Shown: positions 16,950 through 26,752 of the stretch, piece by piece
Position numbering within the stretch: the stretch's first letter is position 1
How the letters are laid out: every line of letters starts with the position of its first letter
Source: Bacteroidia bacterium
Lineage (GTDB): Bacteria; Bacteroidota; Bacteroidia; NS11-12g; UBA955
DNA: 64,000 nt
NCBI GenBank assembly: GCA_044377005.1
Contig: JBILJV010000004.1
Coordinates: 7,698-71,697, forward strand
Direction: 5' to 3'
Notes under the pieces: generated by a model
The model's input: the letters and a program-made list of their open reading frames with translations, nothing else
What the model was told of the DNA's origin: nothing
The model's database searches: none
Made by a program: the position numbers and the translations under genes

Positions 16950-19676
16950 ATGTTTAAAAAATTACTATTTGTGGCAATTGCTTTCATGCTATCAATTAGC
17001 TCTTTTGCCCAATTAACCTCTGATAATGTTCAAATAAAAGATGATTTTGCTAAAGTGAAATTAAACGAAATAAATAGTAAAAGAAGTGCCACTTCACCAA
17101 AAGCTTGTGGTATCGATACTGTTGAATTTCCAAGATACAGAGGTACAGCCTATTTTGCTGTCAATGTGAGTGGTGGTCGCGCATTAGGTCAACTGTATAA
17201 TTGCCCTACGCCTTTGACTTTGTCTGGGTTTACGTTTTATGCGTATGTCTCTGCCAATCCTCCTACAGGGAAAAAAATGAATATTATTTGTAATGTATAC
17301 AACGCAGGAACCGATAGCTTGCCTTCAGGAACCCCATTAAGAAGTGATACATTAACAATTGATTCAACATTTGGTGGTGGTGTTTTGTCTAGATTTGAGA
17401 AACATGCTAGTTTTAATCCAATTACTTTAAATGGGAAATACATTCTAACCATAGAAACCGATAGTATGTCCATGAATGCAGGTGTAGTCACAAATAGTTA
17501 TTCTGCAGGAAATGGGAGAGGGCACAACTTGAATTGCGGATCCATAAATGGTATTTGGTATAATGGTAGAAATCTCAATATAGGTAATGTTCGTTTTGAT
17601 TGTGATGTGCTTTTGCATCCACACGTAAAATACAATTTTGGAACCGATTTTACAATTAATTCAAATTGTTATAATGTAGCAGATAGTGTAAAATTTGTTA
17701 ACCAATCGCCCAATAATATCTCCGGCTCTCCTATATATAATAGATATGAGTTTTTTAATATTGGTTATATATCTCACAATTGGAATTCTGGAGTTTCTCC
17801 TTTTTCTAATTTCACAGGTGTGAATTATGGAACAAAATATACGGTTAAACAAAACTACAATGTTCGACTCATTTCAAGAGTTTATGGATACCGTGGACCC
17901 AATTTTAATGGGTGTGTAGATACTACCATTAAGCCACTTTATTTTAAACCTGAAGTGCCTGGTTTTTCAGGTTCATTGAATGTTTGTAAAGGTGATTCCG
18001 TAATATATACTGCTAGTTCAAATGATACAGGTATTATTTATGAATGGTTTAAAAACCCACAGTCTTCTCCCTTTTTAATAGGAAAATCATACAAAATAAA
18101 CCAAGTTGTAAAAAATGACACTATTTATCTAAGAGCCAATAACCGCGGTTGTGTAAGTGGTTTTAGAATCCTTTATATCAAGTCAAATGACTATCCTAGT
18201 AATTTGACATTTAAAGATGATTCTATTTGTTCCGGGTCTCGTGGTATTTTGAAAACGAATACTAATGTTGGGGATGTTTTGTGGTATTCGGGTGTTAATG
18301 ACTTGACGCCGTTTTTTACCGGTTCAGTCTATCAAACACCTGTATTAACCAATAACATTTCATATTATATAGAAGCCTCAAATTTAGGTTGCAAACTCAC
18401 ACCAAGACAAGAAGTAAAAGTAAATGTAGGGAGTAGTTTTGCTCCACAGCAGCCTGTTGTATCTAATGATACTACGGTTTGTTTGTTTAATACAAATGCT
18501 GTTTATTTAAATGCAAGTGCGCCTTCAGGTTTAACAACGAGATGGTTTAATGTAGGGAGTGGAGGAACTAGTTTTAGTAGTTCAAATACTGTTATTTTTA
18601 ATCCAATAATTCGAGAAGTAAAAGTTTATTATGTAGATGCATTTAATGGAGTATGTGGCAGTAGTAGAGTGCCTGTTACAATAACAGTTGAAGACTTTCC
18701 AAGTATATTAAAAGTAGAGAGTGATATTATTTGTAAAGGAGATTCTGCCAGAAATAGTGTAACTGTTGCATTTGGAAATGTCGCATGGTATTCAGAATTA
18801 AACAATGGGTCACTATTGTCATCGAATACAACTTTTGTAAGCAAGCCATCAAACAGTTTGTCTTATTATATAGAAACAAGTAGTAAAGGTTGTAAAAGTA
18901 TAAATAGAACCCGCGCGGATGTTACTGTTAATGAAGCGCCATCTTTTACAAAAGTTTGGGCAGATACAATTTGTGCAAAGAATAAAGCCACATATTCAGC
19001 ATTAATCAATGGTCCAGGAACTGTTTCTTGGTATGAGTTTGACACTTCAAGTAATCCAGTATTTATAGGGAAAAAGTATGTTTCTGAGTTGTTGAATGGG
19101 GCTAAACGTTTTTTTGCACAGTCGGAGTATGCTGGTTGTATAGGTCCTAAAGTTGGCGTTCAACCATTGGTGAATGCCGCTCCATTTTCAGGTTTTTCAT
19201 TTGAGCTACTCACATGGCAAAGAGTAAGAGTGTCGCCTATTAATGCTGGAAGTGCTGGTGTTAAATGGTTGTTTGGAGATGGTATGACAAGTAATTTAAA
19301 TGTTGTTACACATCGTTATCAAAACCCAGGGGTATATGATGTGAAACTAATTTTAACAAATATTCAAAATGGATGTAAAGATTCAACAACTATTCCTGTC
19401 AATATTGAAACAAGTTCTTTGAGCTCTGTTAAGATTTTGCCAAGTTTTCAATATTATCCAAATCCAAGTAATTCCTTTGTTAAAATAGTGTGTCCTGAAA
19501 TAATGGAAGGTCAAAAAATGATGCAACTACTAAACACCAACGGTCAAGTTGTAATGACTCAAAGACTCGATTTTGTAAATGGATTAAGTGTTATTGACTT
19601 GAAAGGATTAAGTAGTGGTTTATATTTGTTGAAAATAGAAGGTTATCAATCTGTAGTTATATCAAAGCAGGAATAA
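16950..19676 (+). CDS. secreted multi-domain protein with five Ig-like Cys-framed repeats, a PKD domain and a T9SS type-A C-terminal sorting domain
   Basis: Signal peptide ...SSFAQ, PKD-like WLFGDGMTSNLNVVTHRYQNPGVYDVKLILTN, and CTD YYPNPSNSFVKI...SSGLYLLKIEG. Confidence 0.8.
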   Translation: MFKKLLFVAIAFMLSISSFAQLTSDNVQIKDDFAKVKLNEINSKRSATSPKACGIDTVEFPRYRGTAYFAVNVSGGRALGQLYNCPTPLTLSGFTFYAYVSANPPTGKKMNIICNVYNAGTDSLPSGTPLRSDTLTIDSTFGGGVLSRFEKHASFNPITLNGKYILTIETDSMSMNAGVVTNSYSAGNGRGHNLNCGSINGIWYNGRNLNIGNVRFDCDVLLHPHVKYNFGTDFTINSNCYNVADSVKFVNQSPNNISGSPIYNRYEFFNIGYISHNWNSGVSPFSNFTGVNYGTKYTVKQNYNVRLISRVYGYRGPNFNGCVDTTIKPLYFKPEVPGFSGSLNVCKGDSVIYTASSNDTGIIYEWFKNPQSSPFLIGKSYKINQVVKNDTIYLRANNRGCVSGFRILYIKSNDYPSNLTFKDDSICSGSRGILKTNTNVGDVLWYSGVNDLTPFFTGSVYQTPVLTNNISYYIEASNLGCKLTPRQEVKVNVGSSFAPQQPVVSNDTTVCLFNTNAVYLNASAPSGLTTRWFNVGSGGTSFSSSNTVIFNPIIREVKVYYVDAFNGVCGSSRVPVTITVEDFPSILKVESDIICKGDSARNSVTVAFGNVAWYSELNNGSLLSSNTTFVSKPSNSLSYYIETSSKGCKSINRTRADVTVNEAPSFTKVWADTICAKNKATYSALINGPGTVSWYEFDTSSNPVFIGKKYVSELLNGAKRFFAQSEYAGCIGPKVGVQPLVNAAPFSGFSFELLTWQRVRVSPINAGSAGVKWLFGDGMTSNLNVVTHRYQNPGVYDVKLILTNIQNGCKDSTTIPVNIETSSLSSVKILPSFQYYPNPSNSFVKIVCPEIMEGQKMMQLLNTNGQVVMTQRLDFVNGLSVIDLKGLSSGLYLLKIEGYQSVVISKQE
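17950..19180 (+). repeat. five tandem ~70-80-aa coding repeats (C-x-G-D/S ... W-Y/F ... G-C modules) inside the 908-aa protein
   Basis: The modules begin at NVCKGDS, SICSGSRG, TVCLFNTN, IICKGDSA and TICAKNKA. Each ends with a conserved G-C about 55-60 aa later. Confidence 0.6.
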
Positions 19677-19681
19677 TTTAA

Positions 19682-20230
19682 ATGCTAAAAGGTATTACCC
19701 TCTTTTGTTATCTGTTTTTTTTGTTAGGGGTATATTCTCAAGTTGAAGTATTTAGAGGAACGCAAGACACTGGATATGTTTTTAGTCCTGAAGATACCAT
19801 AACAAAGCCGCCTCAATTTGATGGTGGGGAAGATGCTTTTTATAATTTCATGGCAAGCTATGTCAACTATAAGGTATTGAATGCACAATTAATTGGTGAT
19901 AATATCAAATTTTCTTTCAATATTGAAAAAAATGGGAGCTTGTCTGATTTTAAAATAATTCATAGTGCTAATGTGAATTTGTCAATTGAACTTGAAAGGA
20001 TATTAACAAGTGATTTAATGCCCCAATGGGAACCTGGATATTTAGTAGGAAAAAAGAAAAAAACGCTAATGATTTATGATTTAAAGTTTTCACTAAGCAA
20101 TGAACTGCCGAAAGTAATTGTTAGTAAAAATTATACATTTTCTGAATATACTAAACAAACCAATCTTTTGAAAAGGTTTCTAGTTGCCGGTTCGGTTTTG
20201 ATTCTGGCAACTCTTTTTATTACTAGATAG
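19682..20230 (+). CDS. TonB-C-terminal-like domain protein with C-terminal TM anchor
   Basis: PPQFDGGEDAFYNFMASYVNY...MPQWEPGYLVGKKKKTLMIYDLKFSL resembles the TonB_C fold motif (PxFPGG...W.PG...G). A hydrophobic tail is present. Confidence 0.45.
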   Translation: MLKGITLFCYLFFLLGVYSQVEVFRGTQDTGYVFSPEDTITKPPQFDGGEDAFYNFMASYVNYKVLNAQLIGDNIKFSFNIEKNGSLSDFKIIHSANVNLSIELERILTSDLMPQWEPGYLVGKKKKTLMIYDLKFSLSNELPKVIVSKNYTFSEYTKQTNLLKRFLVAGSVLILATLFITR

Positions 20231-20234
20231 TTTT

Positions 20235-21026
20235 TTAAAAACAATCTAGTTGTAACCGCTTACATTCTTCATTTGCTTTTTCTGCAAAATCTTCACCACT
20301 TGAAGCATATAATATACTTCGACTTGCATTAATTAATAGGCCTCCAAATGAGGTTTTTGCATTTTCACAAACTTCTGAAACGGTTCCTCCCTGCGCACCC
20401 ACACCAGGAACTAAGAAAAAATGATTGGGCAATATTTCTCTAATAGAAGCAAGTGTCTTTGCTTTTGTTGCCCCTGTTACAAACATCAAATTATTGGGAG
20501 TTCCCCATTCAGATACCTTTGTTAGTACATGTTCATAAAGAGGTTTCTCTTCAAACTGCAATGTTTGAAAATCTTTGCTGCCTTGATTGCTTGTTAATCC
20601 TAAACAAATGACCCATTTATTGTCAAACTCAAAAAAAGGTTTCAATGAATCTTCCCCCATATAAGGCGCAACAGTAATGGCATCAAATGCCAAGGTTTCA
20701 AAAAAAGCTTTGGCGTACATTTTACTAGTATTTCCTATATCTCCTCGTTTTGCGTCTGCGATTTTAAAACAATTGTTGGGGATGTATGATAAAGTTTCTT
20801 CCATACAAGCCCAACCTTTAGTGCCATATTGTTCATAAAAAGCGGTATTTATCTTGTAAGAAACGGCAAAATCTTTGGTTGATTCAATAATCATTTTATT
20901 GAATTGTAACATCCCTTTGATATCTTTTGGCAAATGATTTGGTAGTTTGCTTATGTCAGTATCTAATCCAACACAAATTAAACTTTTTTTCGATTCTATT
21001 TGATTGATAAGTTCTTTTCTTAACAT
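20235..21026 (-). CDS. pyrF: orotidine 5-prime-phosphate decarboxylase (type 2)
   Basis: Contains LICVGLDTD and KIADAKRGDIGNT motifs. The start is moved to ATG 21026 because a -7-like box (GAttTTTG) overlaps the longer start at 21044. Confidence 0.88.
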   Translation of the reverse strand: MLRKELINQIESKKSLICVGLDTDISKLPNHLPKDIKGMLQFNKMIIESTKDFAVSYKINTAFYEQYGTKGWACMEETLSYIPNNCFKIADAKRGDIGNTSKMYAKAFFETLAFDAITVAPYMGEDSLKPFFEFDNKWVICLGLTSNQGSKDFQTLQFEEKPLYEHVLTKVSEWGTPNNLMFVTGATKAKTLASIREILPNHFFLVPGVGAQGGTVSEVCENAKTSFGGLLINASRSILYASSGEDFAEKANEECKRLQLDCF

Positions 21027-21126
21027 TTTATAATGGTTGTGCAAAAATCAATATTAATTATTCTAAATCAAATAAAATAATTGGCATTTTGCAACTATTT
21101 TTTAATTAGGATGTCTAATCAATTAA

Positions 21127-22803
21127 ATGATTAGTTGTACCTTTGTTGTTGTGAGACCATTAAAAACACTTATTCTTCTGTCTTTGTTTTTATTTATAGG
21201 GATACTTTGTGCTGTTTCACCAAAGCCAAAGTCACGTATTATAGTACAGTTTAATGAATCTGTAAAAGAACAGCAAGTTTATAAATTGTTTGAAGGGGTT
21301 GTTGAAAAGGTAACTGCTTTAGATGTTGATAAAAAGCTATTAGTTATAGAGTGGGCGTCAATTTATCTATCAAAAGAAAGGTTAATTGAAAGGTTAAATT
21401 CATTATCAAAAGTTCAAAATTTTCAAAATGATGGTATTATAAAGTACAGAGAAACAACGCCCTCAGATTCTTTGTTCAATCGTCAATGGCATTTAGGTTT
21501 AATTAAAGCTACAAAAGCATGGGATTTAAGTCGTCAAGCAGCCAATAGGCAAGGGGATACTATTGTTATAGCTGTTGTTGATGATGGATTACATTTGAAT
21601 CATCCAGATTTTAAAAATAATATTTGGAAAAATCATTCCGAAATTCCAGGAAATATGTTAGATGATGACAGTAATGGTTATGTAGATGATGTGTATGGGT
21701 GGAATTTTATGGGTCAAAACAATGACATTAGTGATAGTTTAAATTTTGATGCTACACATGGAACTCCGGTCGCAGGAATTATTGGAGCAAGAGGAAATGA
21801 TACGATAGGTATTACCGGAATAATGTGGCATGTTAAACTAATGATTGTTACTATTGCTGACACTTCTTTGTCAATGCCAATTTATCAATCCGATGCCATC
21901 CGAGCATATAGTTATGTTTTACATCAACGTAAATTGTACCAAAGTAGCAAAGGGAAAAAAGGGGCTTTTGTTGTTGCGAGTAATTCAAGTTGGGGAATTG
22001 ATAATAAAATGCCTCACGAAGCACCATTGTGGTGCATGATGTACGATTCTCTGGGTAAATATGGGGTTATGAATATTGGCGCTGTTTCAAATAACCAAGT
22101 TTTGGTAGATACTAAGGGAGATTTACCTACTTTATGCCCAAGTAAACATTTAATAACAGTAGGCTCATCAACGATAAATGACCAATATTTTTCAAGTGGT
22201 TATAGTCAGCTACATGTTGACCTAAGTGCACCAGGAGTGAATGTATTTTCAGTGAAAGCGTATAACAAGGAAAATCAAATTTCAGAAGATTTATATAGAG
22301 GTGGTTACTCAGGGACTTCTTTCGCATCACCTATGGTTACTGCAGCTGTTGGTTTATTGCACAGTTATGCTTGTGAAAAATTTATTGATTTAACCAAGTC
22401 TAATCCAGAAGTTGCTAATTTGTTAATCAGAAGGTTTATTTTGGAGGGTGTTGATACGATTGTTGCACTTCAAGGTTATACTGTTACTGGTGGACGTTTG
22501 AATATTGCTAAAAGTATGAAAATAATGGATGCCTATTGTTATGGCAATCTCAATATTTATAGCGCGTACCTGGAACAATTGAGCCTATATCCTAATCCTG
22601 GTAATGGCTTAATTTATTTCTCTAAAATCCTCCCATTACAAGAGTTTACAATCAATGTAGTTAATATGCAAGGTCAATCACAGTCCTTTGTCATCGTTGG
22701 AAATCAAATACAATTATTAACAAATGCCGAAGGATGTTATTTTATTAGGTTGATGTACCATAATAAAAGCTATGGATTTAAATACTTGTTGATGAATAAC
22801 TAG
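21127..22803 (+). CDS. subtilisin-like S8 serine peptidase with T9SS type-A C-terminal sorting domain
   Basis: Catalytic triad contexts AVVDDGL (Asp), HGTPVAGIIGA (His) and GTSFASPMVTA (Ser). CTD is LYPNPGNGLIYF...GCYFIRL. Confidence 0.9.
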   Translation: MISCTFVVVRPLKTLILLSLFLFIGILCAVSPKPKSRIIVQFNESVKEQQVYKLFEGVVEKVTALDVDKKLLVIEWASIYLSKERLIERLNSLSKVQNFQNDGIIKYRETTPSDSLFNRQWHLGLIKATKAWDLSRQAANRQGDTIVIAVVDDGLHLNHPDFKNNIWKNHSEIPGNMLDDDSNGYVDDVYGWNFMGQNNDISDSLNFDATHGTPVAGIIGARGNDTIGITGIMWHVKLMIVTIADTSLSMPIYQSDAIRAYSYVLHQRKLYQSSKGKKGAFVVASNSSWGIDNKMPHEAPLWCMMYDSLGKYGVMNIGAVSNNQVLVDTKGDLPTLCPSKHLITVGSSTINDQYFSSGYSQLHVDLSAPGVNVFSVKAYNKENQISEDLYRGGYSGTSFASPMVTAAVGLLHSYACEKFIDLTKSNPEVANLLIRRFILEGVDTIVALQGYTVTGGRLNIAKSMKIMDAYCYGNLNIYSAYLEQLSLYPNPGNGLIYFSKILPLQEFTINVVNMQGQSQSFVIVGNQIQLLTNAEGCYFIRLMYHNKSYGFKYLLMNN

Positions 22804-24815
22804 TAGTAAAACTTCCAATTAAATCCAATTCTAAATCTTCTAGGGGCTGAGGCATAAAAGGGAGTCGTATAATAATAATTCGCAAATTTGTATTGGTAAT
22901 TAAAGTTGCCTTCTGCTTGCAATGTTTCGGCGAGTTGATTGATATGTTCCATGACCGCAAAAAATCTTACATGTTTAATTTCTGCATTCAAAAACAAATC
23001 CACAAAAGGGTATGCCCCAACTTTATAAGGACTGTTTTGAAAACTTTGCAAAGCCGGATTATATGTGTTTGCTATGTATGAACTTGTCCAACTAACGTCT
23101 GCACCAATTTGGATAAAAGTCGATTTTTTGAAAGCAAATCTTTGGTAATACAAGGTGGATTTTGAAGTCAGTTCAGGTAATAATGCAGTTTGGGATAAGT
23201 TTGCTGAAAATTGTTGGAATAATAGGGTTTGTCTTAATTGCCAATTTCTTAAATTAAAGTGTTTCATTATTTCAGCTTGAAATAGGTTTTGTCCTTTAGC
23301 ACCTTGCATCGGCTTACCATCATTATTCAAATACATAAAGTTGTCAATAATGCCGAAATGAACGTCTACATAAAAGTTATTCAGTGGCATGGTGTAGTTG
23401 TATACTTTGTTTACATTCTTGTATTTACTCTTTCTTTCTATTTTAAATTGTACAATCTTTTGTTTAGTTGGATTCCAAGTGTTCGACCATCTATAATGGT
23501 TGCTAATTTGGTACTCCATTTGATAATAAGGTCTTCTTGAATTAACAAATAAGTTTCCTGCAAGTTGCCAAAGAGGGGCATGGGGGATTTCAAAGGTGTT
23601 TTTACTTTCAATACGATAGTCGTTTTGATTGAATCCTGAAAGGTAATAATGGGCATGAATAGATGATTTAATGGGTTTGTATAAAGACAAACTGCTGTTT
23701 AAAAACAAAGAAAGGTTTTGAGTCCTTAATTGGTGGAAATTGATTCTATTTGCCGACTGCCAATAATTAATGTTGTCATGTTTGATACCAGCTATCAAAG
23801 CATTCATACCTGGGATGATTATAGAAAATTCATTACTCAGTTGTTGTGAATTTGTTGAGTCTTTTGATTCATTGCCGTTGAAATAATAGGTTTGGTCATA
23901 AAAACCAAAATCTTTTGCATCATCGGAATAAAAATATTGCTGTTTCAAATGGGAGAGACGGTATTTAAGACCTATTTTTTTGTTTTTCATGGAATCATCA
24001 CCCGTAGAAATCCAATAGATTTGGTTGAACTCAATTTCTCTTAATTTGTGTTGAGAGTTCGCAAGCGACAACTCTGTTGGTAATTGACGTATATTAAATG
24101 GGGTTTCTCGGAATGTGGAGTCGTTTGTTGAAGATCTCTCAAGGCCTCCATTTTCTTGCATGATAGCTTTATTCCATGAATAAATAAAAGTGGATGTAAA
24201 GCGATGGTTCTTTGAATTGTAGTAACTGCTAAGTTGTGTATTTTTTACACTGTATCTTTGTCTTCTGTAAAAACCAACATTTGAAGTGCTGTGATATTTA
24301 GCGCTTATATTAAACTGTTTACTAATGTTTTGTGTGTGAAAAGCATACAAATCTATCATGCCATTCCTTCCTGCACTAGCACTCCCTTGTGCGTATCGAA
24401 ATTCAGTAAAGGGCATTTTTGCATTATATAAAACAGCATTGTTATTGGTAAAAAAGAGTTGTTGAAAAGGTTGATTGGCTGGGATAAATCCGTCTTTATG
24501 CTCAACTTGAAGTTTTAACGGTATGTATGGAGTTGAAACATCTCCCAAATTTTGAATAGGGAGCTTATTTTTTTTGATTTCATCATATTGTTGAATACCT
24601 AGCATTGAACTGTCCCGTCTTGTTATAAACTCATTTTTCTTGTAAAAGTCTGAAATATGTAGGTGTTTTGGGGGTAGTTTTATAGCAGTATCATACACTT
24701 CTTCGGGAGTTGTTTGTGATTTTAGTATAAAACCGGATAATAATATAAAAAAAAATAATATAAAACGAAGCATGCCTAAAGCCCACAAATTTAATGGAAT
24801 AAAAGGCTTAATCAT
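22800..24815 (-). CDS. large putative porin / outer-membrane beta-barrel protein
   Basis: 671 aa with an N-terminal hydrophobic signal, a Y/F/N-rich amphipathic strand pattern throughout, and a C-terminus ...FRIGFNWKFYY. Family not recognised. Confidence 0.45.
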   Translation of the reverse strand: MIKPFIPLNLWALGMLRFILFFFILLSGFILKSQTTPEEVYDTAIKLPPKHLHISDFYKKNEFITRRDSSMLGIQQYDEIKKNKLPIQNLGDVSTPYIPLKLQVEHKDGFIPANQPFQQLFFTNNNAVLYNAKMPFTEFRYAQGSASAGRNGMIDLYAFHTQNISKQFNISAKYHSTSNVGFYRRQRYSVKNTQLSSYYNSKNHRFTSTFIYSWNKAIMQENGGLERSSTNDSTFRETPFNIRQLPTELSLANSQHKLREIEFNQIYWISTGDDSMKNKKIGLKYRLSHLKQQYFYSDDAKDFGFYDQTYYFNGNESKDSTNSQQLSNEFSIIIPGMNALIAGIKHDNINYWQSANRINFHQLRTQNLSLFLNSSLSLYKPIKSSIHAHYYLSGFNQNDYRIESKNTFEIPHAPLWQLAGNLFVNSRRPYYQMEYQISNHYRWSNTWNPTKQKIVQFKIERKSKYKNVNKVYNYTMPLNNFYVDVHFGIIDNFMYLNNDGKPMQGAKGQNLFQAEIMKHFNLRNWQLRQTLLFQQFSANLSQTALLPELTSKSTLYYQRFAFKKSTFIQIGADVSWTSSYIANTYNPALQSFQNSPYKVGAYPFVDLFLNAEIKHVRFFAVMEHINQLAETLQAEGNFNYQYKFANYYYTTPFYASAPRRFRIGFNWKFYY

Positions 24816-24936
24816 ACATACTTTTTAGTAATTTGGAAATGAGATGCTTTTTTTTGGAAACATATTAAAAAATTGTTGCGTAATTTATTTTTTTGATTAG
24901 ATTTGCAGAAGTGTTTTCATAGTTTTAGTTTTTGTC

Positions 24937-24965
24937 AAAAGCCGTATCGAAAGATACGGTTTTTG
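24937..24965. terminator. hairpin terminator downstream of the CoA-binding protein gene
   Basis: aaaagCCGTATCgaaaGATACGGttttt is a 7-bp stem with a GAAA tetraloop, flanked by A and T runs, so it is usable on either strand. Confidence 0.55.
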
Positions 24966-24969
24966 GCAT

Positions 24970-25350
24970 TTATAGGGGTTTGTACTGTTGTGTTCTCAAC
25001 AATACCAAGGTACATGCTTCTATTGCATCAATGTTATTTTTCTGTAACTCATTTATATAGGCTTGATTTTCTGTCCCAGGATTGAATATTACTCTTTTAG
25101 GGTTTAAGTTTAGAATAAAGTTATAATATTTTTCTTGATTTTTCGGGTTTAAGTAAAGCGTTATAGTATGAATCGTTGGGTAGTTTTCTTTGTTATTAAA
25201 TATTGTAATAGGGACATCTAATACTTTTCCAACTTTGTTGCCAATTGCTAATGTTTCAAAATGATACGACCTTAATATACGAATTGCAATATTTGAGTAT
25301 CTATCGGACTTCTCACTTGCCCCCAAAACTAACGTTGTAAATAGTGACAT
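24970..25350 (-). CDS. CoA-binding domain protein
   Basis: 126 aa. LVLGASEKSDRYSNIAIRIL matches the CoA_binding_2 N-terminal Rossmann motif. Confidence 0.7.
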   Translation of the reverse strand: MSLFTTLVLGASEKSDRYSNIAIRILRSYHFETLAIGNKVGKVLDVPITIFNNKENYPTIHTITLYLNPKNQEKYYNFILNLNPKRVIFNPGTENQAYINELQKNNIDAIEACTLVLLRTQQYKPL

Positions 25351-25419
25351 TTATTTCTGTATTTTAATGTTTTCAAAATAAAAGAATTGTATGATATTCG
25401 CCTAATAATTTAATTCAAT

Positions 25420-25944
25420 ATGAACATAGGTGACAAACTTCCAAATTTTTCTTTAATAGCAACGAATGGACAAACTTATAATAACTATTCATTTGCCGAA
25501 CATTATGCCTTGTGTGTTATTTTTAGCGCTAATTCATGTCCAATCTCTAATGCATATTGGGAGCGAATTGTAAAATTGTCCGGACAATATGAGGAGGATA
25601 ATATGGCAACTGTCGTCATTAATTCTAACAATCCTTCATTGTCTCCTAAAGATAGTATGGAAGAAATGACTTCATTTTATAATGGATTAGTAATGCCAAG
25701 TTTTGTTTATTTAAAAGATGAAAACAGTAAAGTAGCAGAAGCTTTTGATGCAAGTAAAAATCCAGAAGTATTTTTATTTAACTCAAAAAGAGAATTAGTT
25801 TATCATGGTATTATCGATGATAATTGGGAAAGTGAAACTCAGGTTATGATGATTTATTTGGAAGATGCTATTGAATATTGCCTAGATGGTGTAGATATTG
25901 ATTATCCTGAGATGCCAGTTGAGGGTTGTGATATTGTTAAATAA
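25420..25944 (+). CDS. thioredoxin-fold (redoxin/AhpC-TSA-like) protein
   Basis: 174 aa. VIFSANSCPISNAYWERI lies at the position of the redox-active motif. Confidence 0.55.
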   Translation: MNIGDKLPNFSLIATNGQTYNNYSFAEHYALCVIFSANSCPISNAYWERIVKLSGQYEEDNMATVVINSNNPSLSPKDSMEEMTSFYNGLVMPSFVYLKDENSKVAEAFDASKNPEVFLFNSKRELVYHGIIDDNWESETQVMMIYLEDAIEYCLDGVDIDYPEMPVEGCDIVK

Positions 25945-26750
25945 TGGTTGTTAGAACAGTTGTAATTACAGGGGCTTCTTCAGGAATTGGAGAAGCTTTG
26001 GCATATCAGTATGCACAATTAAAATACAATGTTGTTATTGCGGCTAGATCTATTGAACAACTTAAATTAGTTGAGCTTAAATGTAAAGAATACAATTCTT
26101 CGGTCTTGCTTGTTCAATGCGATGTAAGTAAGGAAAGTGATTGTAAGTTTTTAATTGATGAAACCATTCGTCAATTCTCTTCATGTGATGTTTTAATTAA
26201 CAATGCTGGAATTAGTATGCGTGCAGTTTTTAACGATTGTGACTTAGATGTTATTAAAAAGGTGATGGATGTGAACTTTTGGGGAACCGTTTATTGCACT
26301 AAATATGCTCTACCTTTTTTATTGAAATCACAAGGTACTGTTGTTGGAGTTTCCTCTATTGCAGGTATTAAAGGATTGCCTGCAAGAACCGGCTATTCAG
26401 CCTCAAAGTTTGCAATGCATGGTTTTTTGGAATCTCTTAGAATCGAAAATTTAAAAAATAATCTTAATGTATTAATTGTTTGTCCTGGTTATACAGCTTC
26501 TAATATTAGAAATTCAGCTCTTAATAACAAAGGCAATAATCAATCAGAAAGTCCCCTAGATGAAGCTAAACTCATGTCTGCAGAAGAGGTTGCTCAAATG
26601 ATTGTAAAAGCAGTAAGATCACGTAAAAGTTACTTGTATATGTCTTTTGATGGGAAAATTCTTTTTTGGTTGAATAAATTCTTCCCATTACTAATGGATA
26701 AATTAGTTTTTAATAAAGTTTCTAAAGAAAAAGACAGCCCTTTTAAATAA
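25944..26750 (+). CDS. SDR family oxidoreductase
   Basis: Contains TGASSGIGEA (TGxxxGxG), NNAG and the YSASKFA catalytic Tyr-x3-Lys. TAATG stop/start overlap with the upstream gene. Confidence 0.9.
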   Translation: MVVRTVVITGASSGIGEALAYQYAQLKYNVVIAARSIEQLKLVELKCKEYNSSVLLVQCDVSKESDCKFLIDETIRQFSSCDVLINNAGISMRAVFNDCDLDVIKKVMDVNFWGTVYCTKYALPFLLKSQGTVVGVSSIAGIKGLPARTGYSASKFAMHGFLESLRIENLKNNLNVLIVCPGYTASNIRNSALNNKGNNQSESPLDEAKLMSAEEVAQMIVKAVRSRKSYLYMSFDGKILFWLNKFFPLLMDKLVFNKVSKEKDSPFK

Positions 26751-26752
26751 AA

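Noticed and set aside
22800-22803. The convergent S8 peptidase and porin genes share a CTAG palindrome, so their two stop codons overlap. Similarly, there is zero spacing between the convergent genes at 51974/51975.
   Set aside because: The observation is real, but it is explained by genome compaction. There is no hairpin or other element to interpret.
24903-25085. 60-aa plus-strand ORF preceded by a TAgaTTTG-like box (24897-24904) between the porin and the CoA-binding protein genes.
   Set aside because: The ORF runs through a terminator hairpin and then antisense into the CoA-binding gene. The translation looks random, and the box is probably a chance match in AT-rich DNA.
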